From IMG/VR virus record IMGVR_UViG_3300025018_000335, positions 1-35,280 of that record: a DNA stretch of 35,280 nucleotides, one strand, 5' to 3'. Positions 1-7,454 of this stretch are shown here, in pieces (positions within the stretch are counted from its first letter, which is position 1; every line of letters starts with the position of its first letter). Under the pieces are notes generated by a model. It had not been told where the DNA came from. It did not search any database and saw nothing but the letters and a program-made list of their open reading frames with translations. Source of the DNA: a virus (lineage: Duplodnaviria > Caudoviricetes). Both the position numbers and the translations under genes were made by a program.

Positions 1-167
1 CCTCTACCCAAAAACCTTACATTTTGTAATTCAGCACCATAGAGGTTAGCATCACGGAGGTCAGCACCACGGAGGTTAGCATAACTGAGGTTAGCATCAC
101 GGAGGTCAGCACCACGGAGGTCAGCATAACTGAGGTTAGCATCACCTTTCTCTTCAATAGCTTCTTT
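1..167. repeat. Terminal direct repeat / circular overlap, left copy (7 pentapeptide units)
   Basis: Matches 35069-35280 except that the right copy has 45 extra bp. Confidence 0.9.
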
Positions 168-335
168 GTATGTTGTCTTTGTAGATTGAAAAATTACTTC
201 ACCTGTAATGCGGTTTTGAATAGCAATACCAATAGCAATACCAACAGCCTTCTCCTCTTTTTTGTTTTCCACTTCACTAATATACTTCTTTACCTCTTCT
301 AAATTCTCTAATACTTGTTCTTTTGTTATCTTCAT
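1..335 (-). CDS. Pentapeptide-repeat protein, 5' part; continues across the junction to the stop at 34996
   Basis: ATG at 335: MKITKEQVLENLEEVKK...[50 protein letters not shown]; A(D/N)Lxx repeats; absent from ORF track. Confidence 0.85.
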   Translation of the reverse strand, partial: MKITKEQVLENLEEVKKYISEVENKKEEKAVGIAIGIAIQNRITGEVIFQSTKTTYKEAIEEKGDANLSYADLRGADLRDANLSYANLRGADLRDANLYGAELQNVRFLGR

Positions 336-339
336 ATTT

Positions 340-633
340 TTAAAATGACTCTGATAATTCCTTTCCTTGCTTTAGTGCATAACTTGGTACTCCGTCATCT
401 GCCCATTGTACCTTTTTCCAGTCGTTTGTTGTTCCAATAAAGAGGTTTTCTTCATCCCACGAACCGCTAGTAAGTGTGAGATAAGTAAGTCTATTTAATA
501 GTTCATTTGCTTGCATTGTATTATTCGTTAGTTGGTAAATCTTCTTTCCAATTTTCCCCGAAACAATCAGGACAATTTGGATTATCGTTCTCACAATTAC
601 AGTAGATTGTATCTGTGAGTAGTTGGAAGTCAT
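340..633 (-). CDS. Hypothetical protein (true start may be the internal MQANELL)
   Basis: ORF track; co-oriented with neighbours. Confidence 0.5.
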   Translation of the reverse strand: MTSNYSQIQSTVIVRTIIQIVLIVSGKIGKKIYQLTNNTMQANELLNRLTYLTLTSGSWDEENLFIGTTNDWKKVQWADDGVPSYALKQGKELSESF

Positions 634-651
634 CTAGGGCTTCCGTATGAT

Positions 652-834
652 CTAGTCGCATGGAGGATATTCGTTATGTTCCTGATAATAATCTGATGGA
701 TTTGTGTTGTATTCTCGTAATACACAGTCCTCATATTTGTCTACCGCCAGCTCTAGTTTTGCATCTCTTTGGGCTGTCCAAGATAGGAAGCCGAGCATGA
801 ATGCGATTGCTATTAGTGTGTAAATAATTTTCAT
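652..834 (-). CDS. Small membrane-anchored hypothetical protein
   Basis: Hydrophobic N-terminus IIYTLIAIAFMLGFLSW. Confidence 0.65.
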   Translation of the reverse strand: MKIIYTLIAIAFMLGFLSWTAQRDAKLELAVDKYEDCVLREYNTNPSDYYQEHNEYPPCD

Positions 835-839
835 AATGT

Positions 840-889
840 TTCCCTTTGTACCACCCCCGCTTATCAGTAGGGGCAGTACACAGGAGATA
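840..889 (-). other. Long imperfect hairpin in the 5' leader of 652-834
   Basis: Minus strand TCCTGTGTACTGCCCC...GGGGTGGTACAAAGGGA. Confidence 0.55.
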
Positions 890-950
890 AGCTAATAATG
901 TTTCGACACCTTTATATTACCAAATCGTTTAGATAATTAAAACTCAAAAG

Positions 951-959
951 TGTGGATAA
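951..959 (-). promoter_or_regulatory. DnaA-box-like TTATCCACA upstream of a probable promoter
   Basis: tgtggataa on + strand immediately after the stop of 960-1247. Confidence 0.55.
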
Positions 960-1247
960 CTATTTTTCTAAATAAATCTGTAATTCCGCCATTGCTCTCC
1001 ACGCTTTCTTTGCTAGATGTAAAGCCCCGTCATCGTCATGTGTAATGCCTTTTGCTATATCTATCATGTGTCTTGCTCCTGAATCAGCGTGAGCCATTGA
1101 CTTTGTTTTATCCCAATGAAGCGGTTTGTCGGGATGGTGTTGGTTATTCCCAATTTGAGATATCTTTGCTACTTCCATTATTGCATCTGGAAAGTATGCT
1201 ATGAAACCAGAGTAAACTGGTATTTGTTTTCTTTCTGCGTCTTTCAT
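960..1247 (-). CDS. dATP/dGTP diphosphohydrolase N-terminal-domain-like protein (DUF5664-like)
   Basis: FPDAIMEVAKISQIGNNQH...W...DSGARHM...DDDGALHLAKKAWRAM pattern. Confidence 0.7.
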   Translation of the reverse strand: MKDAERKQIPVYSGFIAYFPDAIMEVAKISQIGNNQHHPDKPLHWDKTKSMAHADSGARHMIDIAKGITHDDDGALHLAKKAWRAMAELQIYLEK

Positions 1248-1555
1248 AAAAAATATATCTTTTTACCTTTTAATTTTGCGTAGTTTAATTCATCTACTGC
1301 GCCTTTGCTTGACATCCAATTAGGCATCATTGCTACTTCGTCACATTTATCTACCCAATAGAACCCACGAACCATATATTCATCGTATGCTAGTCCTGCT
1401 TGATAGTTGTTGAGATGAGGACAATAGACTATAAATCCTTGCTTAGATAGTTTTCTCATCCAGTACCACCCTTTGACCTCGTTTATGAACTGTCCTAATC
1501 TTTTGAAGATTATCCAATGGCAAGTTATTTTTCCTGATAAATATATGGATGTCAT
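1244..1555 (-). CDS. DUF4406 / nucleoside deoxyribosyltransferase-like protein
   Basis: IYLSGKIT...CD...MMPNWMSSKGAVDELNYAK..GKKI. Confidence 0.7.
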   Translation of the reverse strand: MTSIYLSGKITCHWIIFKRLGQFINEVKGWYWMRKLSKQGFIVYCPHLNNYQAGLAYDEYMVRGFYWVDKCDEVAMMPNWMSSKGAVDELNYAKLKGKKIYFL

Positions 1556-1576
1556 TTTTATTCTTTAGTTAATAAT

Positions 1577-1897
1577 CTATTCTTTGTTGGTTAGGGTAAT
1601 TTTATCTAATTGCTCTCTTGTGCCTTTGAATTGGGGCATTTCTTCTGGTTCTAAACAGCATTTGTCTGCTTCTTCTTCCGACTCAAAATCACTATTACAT
1701 TCTCCACAGGTATAGTAATCGTAATGAATATCCGCACTCCTTACACGGTCAATGTGTCTTTTAATTTCTTCAACTGCGTCTGTTAAGTGGTTATCATTAT
1801 CATAATGTGAGCCAGAAAAGGACATATTGCCAAAGTTGCCAGCACCTCTCATTTCTACTCGGATATATCCATAATCGTAATTTGGTTTTGTTTTCAT
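1577..1897 (-). CDS. Hypothetical protein with CxxC...CC motif
   Basis: YTCGECNSDFESEEEADKCC. Confidence 0.7.
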   Translation of the reverse strand: MKTKPNYDYGYIRVEMRGAGNFGNMSFSGSHYDNDNHLTDAVEEIKRHIDRVRSADIHYDYYTCGECNSDFESEEEADKCCLEPEEMPQFKGTREQLDKITLTNKE

Positions 1898-2226
1898 ACC
1901 TCTTTATTGATTAGGGTTTCTCTTAAATCTAGCCAGTGGTGGATACCTTTTTCTCTCTTGTACACCTCGTCAATCTCTGCGATTATTTCTTGTTTTAACT
2001 CCTCCTCGCATTGGGAGAAGGCAAGTTCTACAAGTTTTTCTGGTGTTCTATACTTGGGTGCGATAGTGTTCCAGTCTTTCACTATCTCCTCTACTCTTTG
2101 TGTGTTGTGATGACAAGAACAAGAACATTCTTCCCCAACACAAGAGCCGTCATCTTTTCCGATGTCTGTACATTTACGGCAATAATGTGTTGGTATTATT
2201 TCTTCTTCTATCTTTTGTGTGTTCAT
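1894..2226 (-). CDS. Hypothetical Cys-rich protein
   Basis: ORF track; 4-bp overlap with the next gene. Confidence 0.65.
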   Translation of the reverse strand: MNTQKIEEEIIPTHYCRKCTDIGKDDGSCVGEECSCSCHHNTQRVEEIVKDWNTIAPKYRTPEKLVELAFSQCEEELKQEIIAEIDEVYKREKGIHHWLDLRETLINKEV

Positions 2227-2228
2227 AA

Positions 2229-2402
2229 TTATTTATTATCCTCTAAACTTAATTGATAAAACGCCCACAACATACTCAAATCTCTACCACAATAATCACA
2301 GATATAGTGACATCTTCCTAATCTTCGTAGTTTATAAATATCAGAGCCAAATATAGCTTTATAGCAACAGTCATTGTCTTCTATTGGTTTTTCTGTGTTC
2401 AT
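2229..2402 (-). CDS. Small hypothetical protein, 57 aa (CxxC)
   Basis: Read manually: MNTEKPIEDNDCCYKAIFG...YICDYCGRD...; fills the gap between genes. Confidence 0.65.
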   Translation of the reverse strand: MNTEKPIEDNDCCYKAIFGSDIYKLRRLGRCHYICDYCGRDLSMLWAFYQLSLEDNK

Positions 2403-2412
2403 AGTTATTTAA

Positions 2413-3528
2413 TTAACTTTCTAATGTCATTTCCATGTACTCTGAATAATGTAATCCACAAAGGAGGGCTTGCATTTTTCCAGCGTGTGGGTTTTTTTCT
2501 GCTTCTTGGGGCGGACATCCTTCAATAAACACCCTGCCAGTTGGACAAGTCATCTTCAAGAAGTACATTTTAGGAAATTCTGTAATTTTGTTTATCTCGC
2601 TATTTTCTACGAGGTAAAGTTCATTTGTTCTGTCGTCTTTGTGAATTAGTTTTGCGTTTTCTTTGATAATTGCTTGTGGATTGTATTTTAGTGCGACAGT
2701 TCTCTGGTCTGATATTTCTATTTGCATTATTTCAGACAAAGACATTTCATGAGATACGACCTTTTCCCACAGTTCTTTTTCAAAATTAACACCATCAAGA
2801 TAATAAAATCCAGTGCCATCTTTCCATTCTATTGCAGGTTTTTGGTCTGAATGTATGTTTTCATTTTCCCACCTACACAGAGGATTTTCTACAACTATCA
2901 TTATCTTGCCTAGTGAAATTATTGTAGGGATAGACAATACAATGTCTGTCATTTTTTGTAGTTTTTCTTTGTCAAATTTTACTCCTATCATTTGAGCATA
3001 ATCATAATACCCCAACCATACCATCCAAAACTGTGTTGTGTAGTACGAATATCGTATTTCTTTTGGTAGTTGTGAGCGTAGTTGTGAGTCTATTTGTGAG
3101 CGTAGTTTTGAGTCTAGTTTTGAGTCTAGTTTTGAGTCTATTTGTGAGCGTAGTTTTGAGTCTAGTTGTGAGTATAGTTGTGAGTATAGTTTTGAGTCTA
3201 GTTGTGAGTATAGTTGTGAGTATAGTTGTGAGTTTAGTTGTGAGTCTAGTTGTGAGTCTAGTTGTGAGTATAGTTGTGAGTATAGTTGTGAGTATAGTTG
3301 TGAGCGTAGTTTTGAGTCGTATTTTAATACTCGCCCACCAGCAATAAACTTAACAATATCCACCCCATTCCGAATAGACTCTGCTATTATAACAGTTACA
3401 TCTCCAAACAACTCCTTAACCATTTTTACAGACATTTCACGATTTAGGGGTTCACTTGCTATACGAACCCATTTATCTATATACTCTGGTATTTTAGCTT
3501 CCTGTTCTTTTGTAATTGAATTTATCAT
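2413..3528 (-). CDS. DUF6745-like phage protein with SQL(Y/D/R) tetrapeptide repeats
   Basis: C-terminal IHSDQKPAIEWKDGTGFYYLDGV and LKMTCPTGR; likely start MINSITKEQ at 3528 avoids overlap with the upstream gene. Confidence 0.7.
   Translation of the reverse strand: MINSITKEQEAKIPEYIDKWVRIASEPLNREMSVKMVKELFGDVTVIIAESIRNGVDIVKFIAGGRVLKYDSKLRSQLYSQLYSQLYSQLDSQLDSQLNSQLYSQLYSQLDSKLYSQLYSQLDSKLRSQIDSKLDSKLDSKLRSQIDSQLRSQLPKEIRYSYYTTQFWMVWLGYYDYAQMIGVKFDKEKLQKMTDIVLSIPTIISLGKIMIVVENPLCRWENENIHSDQKPAIEWKDGTGFYYLDGVNFEKELWEKVVSHEMSLSEIMQIEISDQRTVALKYNPQAIIKENAKLIHKDDRTNELYLVENSEINKITEFPKMYFLKMTCPTGRVFIEGCPPQEAEKNPHAGKMQALLCGLHYSEYMEMTLES
3067..3320 (-). repeat. In-frame 12-bp tandem repeat, ~21 units: TCA (C/A)AA (C/A)TA (TAC/GAC/CGC/AAC)
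   Basis: Repeated tagttgtgag / tagttttgag on + strand. Confidence 0.95.
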
Positions 3529-3529
3529 A

Positions 3530-3871
3530 TCAGTCTCTAACTCTCCTAATTGCCCCACTAAAGTAGTCAAATTCATTTTTGATTATTATCTTATACACGC
3601 TTGGTGCTATTGTGTGAGTCTTGTGTACATCTGAACCTGTTTTTTCGTGAATAAGTTTTGACAACGAGGGTACTTCTACATAAGTATCTCCATTATGTGT
3701 GTAGACTTTGTACTTTGATAAGTCTATTTTATCTTTTACAAGAACATGGTGGTGTCCCGTTTCAGAGTGAGCAACGACAACCCTGTCTAATTCTTCTTTT
3801 AATATTGCTTCTTTTGGGAGTTCGCAAGGTTTTAGGATTGCTTCTCCGTGGCGTACTATTTGTGGTTTCAT
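3530..3871 (-). CDS. Conserved phage protein (RHGE...HSETGHHH), usually found next to DUF6745-like genes
   Basis: Motif recognition. Confidence 0.7.
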   Translation of the reverse strand: MKPQIVRHGEAILKPCELPKEAILKEELDRVVVAHSETGHHHVLVKDKIDLSKYKVYTHNGDTYVEVPSLSKLIHEKTGSDVHKTHTIAPSVYKIIIKNEFDYFSGAIRRVRD

Positions 3872-3894
3872 AGTTTAGTTGTTAGTTGATAATT

Positions 3895-5349
3895 TTATTT
3901 ATTTACTTCTACTAATTTACCTCCTTTTAATTTATACCAAGTATCTTCTTTTATTTTCTTTCCGTCTATTTGTTTAGAAACAACATATACGGGTTTATCT
4001 TCTTTATATTCTGCCAATGTAATCCAGCACCCCATCTTTCCTTTTATTATTCCTTCTATTCCGATATTGGCTCCAATAGAATCTTTCCCTGATATTTCTA
4101 GTTTGCTGGAGTCTCCTGATGAAGCTAGTTTGCTGTAGTTTCCTGATGAAGCTAGTTGGCTGTAGTTTCCTGATGAAGCTAGTTTGCTGTAGTTTCCTGA
4201 TGAAGCTAGTTGGCTGGAGTTTCCTGATGAAGCTAGTTGGCTGGAGTATCCTGATGAAGCTAGTTGGCTGGAGTCTCCTGATGAAGCTAGTTTGCTGTAG
4301 TTTCCTGATGAAGCTAGTTGGCTGGAGTTTCCTGATGAAGCTAGTTGGCTGGAGTATCCTGATGAAGCTAGTTTGCTGGAGTATCCTGATGAAGCTAGTT
4401 GGCTGTAGTTTCCTGATGAAGCTAGTTGGCTGGAGTATCCTGATGAAGCTAGTTGGCTGTAGTTTCCTGATGAAGCTAGTTTGCTGTAGTTTCCTGATGA
4501 AGCTAGTTGGCTGTAGTCTCCTGATGAAGCTAGTTTGCTGGAGTCTCCTGAATCTACGTTCTTGGGGTTTTGTTTGTACAAAAACTCAATTGAGGCTTTT
4601 ATAAAAAGTGGTAATTCAAAATTTATCTTTAATTTAGAATCAACTTCTTTAATTAGTGACCTTATATCCAATAAATCTAGGGCTAAAAATTCTTTACCCT
4701 CCTTATCAATCAGCTTAATATCTTCCCTGACATACCTTTCATTAAAAATACTCAACTTGCTTTTATCAAGATGTTCAAGTATTTTTTCAATATTCATATA
4801 CCCCAAGTGTTTCATCTCACTATCACCAACAGTCATTCCGATGTATTCTAGAAACTTAACAACATACCCAACATATTTAGGATGTATGTCTCCGTTTCCT
4901 TTTCCTTTAACTTGTTGGTCTTTCTCCACTGTGGCGTGGGGTAGATTGTCTTTGTCTCGCAAAGAATACACCTCTGTACCACTACGGCTATAATATGACC
5001 CAACACAATGCCTCATTAAGAAACCCTCCCTCTTGAAAGCATTTTCTCCAATAAGTTTGACGATTTTAAATCCATCTCCAAAATCTAAGACTATTTCTGT
5101 GTCTTCTGGTCCCTCTTTTATGTCCGCTCCTTTTTTCTGGAGTGCTTTGTTCCAGGTGTCTGCATTCTTCTTGGCTTGTATATAACTCATTCTTTCAATC
5201 TTTTTATCTGTTTGAGCCAAATAGTCAATTATATGCTCAACCTCTTCTATTGGGGGTTGATTTTTCTCTAGATAATTTGCAAGAGTGGTTTTAACCCACT
5301 TCAAAACAAATTCATTACCGCCTATGTGATTTGTGTAGTCTGTGTACAT
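3895..5349 (-). CDS. Multi-domain protein: PcfJ-like N-terminal region, 9-aa SGxxSxLAS repeats, conserved C-terminal IDGKKIKEDTWYKL domain
   Basis: REGFLMRHCVGSY...YSLRD...PHATVE...QVKGKGN; likely start MYTDY at 5349. Confidence 0.7.
   Translation of the reverse strand: MYTDYTNHIGGNEFVLKWVKTTLANYLEKNQPPIEEVEHIIDYLAQTDKKIERMSYIQAKKNADTWNKALQKKGADIKEGPEDTEIVLDFGDGFKIVKLIGENAFKREGFLMRHCVGSYYSRSGTEVYSLRDKDNLPHATVEKDQQVKGKGNGDIHPKYVGYVVKFLEYIGMTVGDSEMKHLGYMNIEKILEHLDKSKLSIFNERYVREDIKLIDKEGKEFLALDLLDIRSLIKEVDSKLKINFELPLFIKASIEFLYKQNPKNVDSGDSSKLASSGDYSQLASSGNYSKLASSGNYSQLASSGYSSQLASSGNYSQLASSGYSSKLASSGYSSQLASSGNSSQLASSGNYSKLASSGDSSQLASSGYSSQLASSGNSSQLASSGNYSKLASSGNYSQLASSGNYSKLASSGDSSKLEISGKDSIGANIGIEGIIKGKMGCWITLAEYKEDKPVYVVSKQIDGKKIKEDTWYKLKGGKLVEVNK
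4098..4551 (-). repeat. In-frame 27-bp tandem repeat, 16 full units plus 1 partial
   Basis: Unit TCA GGA (G/A/T)AC T(C/A)C AGC (A/C)AA CTA GCT TCA. Confidence 0.95.
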
Positions 5350-5350
5350 A

Positions 5351-5614
5351 TTATTTCGTAACCCACCAAAACTTTTTGAAATTACCTTGTTGAATACATT
5401 GTTTATAAAGATATTCAACTTCTCCTAAATCTTTTTTCAATAAGGGATGTGAGTTTATTCTTAATGCTATTAAACGATGTGTTACTGGTTTGTAAGGAGT
5501 ACCGACCCTCTCCTCGTTAATCGCTTGTACAAATTTATCAACAAGTTCTTCTCTGCGATTTTTATATACAGGTTCTCCAAAAAATCTATCAAGATTGTTT
5601 TGTGAAGTGTCCAT
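5351..5614 (-). CDS. Hypothetical protein, leaderless; possibly replication-related
   Basis: TATAAT 6 nt before ATG; first gene downstream of the control region. Confidence 0.7.
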   Translation of the reverse strand: MDTSQNNLDRFFGEPVYKNRREELVDKFVQAINEERVGTPYKPVTHRLIALRINSHPLLKKDLGEVEYLYKQCIQQGNFKKFWWVTK

Positions 5615-5620
5615 GAGCTT

Positions 5621-5666
5621 ATTATAAACAATAAGGAGGGTTTGTGAATACTAGGAGTGTGGATAA
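5621..5666 (-). promoter_or_regulatory. Promoter (-10 TATAAT 5621-5626) with upstream TTATCCACA box (5658-5666)
   Basis: Direct motif reading. Confidence 0.6.
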
Positions 5667-5917
5667 GTATTTTCTTTTTATAAAAACAGTTCTCCCCCCA
5701 TAGGGTGCTAGGGTGGGCTAGTTGGTTGTGAATATAAGTAGTGTTTAGTTTGTAGCTCTTGTCCAGTGTCATAACCCCATTACATTTATGCTCCATACTC
5801 CCCAATACTTATTTATAATAACAAACATTGGGGGGAACGGAGTACGCTGTGCTACCTGTAAGAAGCGTTTATTTAGAGGTGCTCCTTAAATCTCTAGTGA
5901 CTTATATTATTTGTACT

Positions 5918-6030
5918 AAAAAACCAATCTGTAGAAAGAAAGTTGCTATAATGCTCTCACGGGGCATCGGAGTAAAACTCCCTTTCTCTCTACACATTGG
6001 TCTTTGAATCGTGAGAATAATTTATAGCAA
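5918..6030 (-). ncRNA. Structured leader RNA with interleaved inverted repeats A-B-A'-B' followed by a U-tract
   Basis: A 6010-6030 pairs with 5943-5961; B 5982-6003 pairs with 5921-5942; G-U pairs favour the minus strand. Confidence 0.6.
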
Positions 6031-6037
6031 TATGCAT

Positions 6038-6066
6038 ATTATAGCAAACCGCAAATCATAAGTCAA
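6038..6066 (-). promoter_or_regulatory. Sigma70-type promoter TTGACT-17-TATAAT
   Basis: agtcaa 6061-6066, attata 6038-6043, 17-bp spacer. Confidence 0.85.
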
Positions 6067-6088
6067 GCATAAATAACCATTTTCTCTA

Positions 6089-6117
6089 TTGACACATAAA
6101 GACATTAAGTGTATAGT
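6089..6117 (+). promoter_or_regulatory. Divergent sigma70-type promoter TTGACA-17-TATAGT
   Basis: ttgaca 6089-6094, tatagt 6112-6117. Confidence 0.8.
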
Positions 6118-6123
6118 ATATAT

Positions 6124-6207
6124 GTCGACAGTCTTCCTTTACGGAAGTGAAGCGTGGTATCGTATTAACTACTAGAAAAGCACCCCATTTGCAGTGAGGT
6201 GCTTTTT
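6124..6207 (+). ncRNA. Putative ~85-nt small RNA
   Basis: Bounded by a near-consensus promoter and an intrinsic terminator; 5' hairpin CTTCC...GGAAG. Confidence 0.55.
6176..6207. terminator. Bidirectional intrinsic terminator
   Basis: AAAAGCACC...GGTGCTTTTT. Confidence 0.75.
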
Positions 6208-6257
6208 GCTTTAGTTGTAGTTTATATTTACCATTTGCATATTATATCATAGAAACC

Positions 6258-6276
6258 AAAAACCGCCAAAGCGGTT
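6258..6276 (-). terminator. Intrinsic terminator
   Basis: Minus strand AACCGC TTTG GCGGTT TTT. Confidence 0.65.
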
Positions 6277-6416
6277 GTGGTGGACTGATGTATCAAAGGT
6301 AAAATGGATGTTTTTTGAATTATCTGTCTCTTTGCGTAATGAAGCCTCTATACGGGTTCAGCAACATTTGATGTAGCATAAGCTATCGTGCCGTAACCAC
6401 CACAATTATACAATAC

Positions 6417-6523
6417 AAACAAAAACAACGCAACCGACCTGCGTTGTTTGTTTTGGAGGACATTGTATGCTGTATAAACACAGCCTACAAGGCTCTAGAA
6501 CGCCCTGTGGGCTGTTTTTATAC
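6417..6523 (-). terminator. Two tandem hairpins/terminators after the lysis genes
   Basis: AACAACGCA...TGCGTTGTT and GTATAAA-CACAGCC...GGCTGTTTTTATAC. Confidence 0.6.
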
Positions 6524-6957
6524 TAATCTTGATACATACTAAGGGTTTCTACTTTAACAGGCACTGACGACCATATTTCTTCACTTTCTGACCAATGTTG
6601 TAGACCATTTTCAGTGCTCATTATCTTCATGGCACATTCAATATTCTTTTCGGGTATTCTTCTTTCTTCCACATCATCACCACAATAATGTTTGTATGTT
6701 GATTTGACTATTTGATAGATACCAGTAGCAGAATAATAGTCTTCTGTGAACTTAAAATTGTCCACATTCTTAAATCTACTCTCGGACCAAGCAATAGAAA
6801 GAGCAATGTTTGGGTCTACATCATACTCTTCGGCATACTGAATTATCAACTCAGGTATGCTCGGTTCGGGGGGTATCTCATATATCGCAGTAGGGCTCGT
6901 CAGTAATAAAGGTATGGAGGCTACTGCGGAAATGATTTTTTGTAAAATAAGCGAGTG
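6523..6957 (-). CDS. Lytic transglycosylase (SLT-like); start uncertain (track start TTG 6849, frame open to 6957)
   Basis: IAWSES (catalytic Glu), SATGIYQI, NIECAM, GLQHW. Confidence 0.8.
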   Translation of the reverse strand, partial: HSLILQKIISAVASIPLLLTSPTAIYEIPPEPSIPELIIQYAEEYDVDPNIALSIAWSESRFKNVDNFKFTEDYYSATGIYQIVKSTYKHYCGDDVEERRIPEKNIECAMKIMSTENGLQHWSESEEIWSSVPVKVETLSMYQD

Positions 6958-7176
6958 TTATTTTTTAAAAGCAATGATGAGCTTTCGTGTCAATCCATAA
7001 GCAACCATTCCTGAAGCTATAAGCCCAATCATGCCCTCTACAAAGTTCGTGAGTAATCCTTCTGGTACTTCAAATGCTACCGACAATAGCGGAACAATAC
7101 CAAGTAAAAGACCACGAATTGTAAGAGATAATTCTTCTGGGTTAGCAGAAGATGTATACAATCTTATATCTTTCAT
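6958..7176 (-). CDS. Putative holin (two hydrophobic helices, basic C-terminus)
   Basis: LTIRGLLLGIVPLLSVAF / GMIGLIASGMVAYGLTRK; adjacent to SLT; TGCTATAAT 8 nt before ATG 7176. Confidence 0.65.
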   Translation of the reverse strand: MKDIRLYTSSANPEELSLTIRGLLLGIVPLLSVAFEVPEGLLTNFVEGMIGLIASGMVAYGLTRKLIIAFKK

Positions 7177-7194
7177 ACCACACAATTATAGCAT

Positions 7195-7226
7195 AAAAAA
7201 AGGAGGTTACCAAGTTGATAACCTCC
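7195..7226 (-). terminator. Intrinsic terminator
   Basis: GGAGGTTA...TAACCTCC followed by a T-tract on the minus strand. Confidence 0.75.
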
Positions 7227-7232
7227 CTTATA

Positions 7233-7454
7233 TTATGAACGGAGAAACCTCAGATATGCTCTGTGATACCACATCCGAGTATGTTTTGGTGCAAAAGGAA
7301 TGAAATCCCTCTCCAAGACATCGTGACAATCCCTGCACAGAATAGCTATTGGAGACGGCTCGTCTCTGTAGTACCTGCGGGGATAGATATGATGTCGTGT
7401 AATTGGGTTTCCTTTGTGACCTTTTGTTCCGCATTTCCTGCATTCACCCTTCAT
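7233..7454 (-). CDS. Small HNH endonuclease-like protein
   Basis: CRKC...TRHHIYP...LCRDCH. Confidence 0.75.
   Translation of the reverse strand: MKGECRKCGTKGHKGNPITRHHIYPRRYYRDEPSPIAILCRDCHDVLERDFIPFAPKHTRMWYHRAYLRFLRS

Noticed and set aside
960-1555. Z-base (2-aminoadenine) DNA system suggested by the DUF5664-like gene
   Set aside because: No PurZ or DNA polymerase gene recognised
4098-4551. Possible CRISPR array
   Set aside because: Units are contiguous with no unique spacers, in frame within a CDS, and no cas genes are present
3033-4604. Plus-strand repetitive ORFs 3033-3347 and 4119-4604
   Set aside because: Antisense shadows of minus-strand coding repeats
5482-5805. 107-aa minus-strand ORF
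   Set aside because: Overlaps 5351-5614 and its promoter/DnaA box; no recognisable motif
7228-7443. 71-aa ORF
   Set aside because: Alternative frame over the HNH-motif ORF
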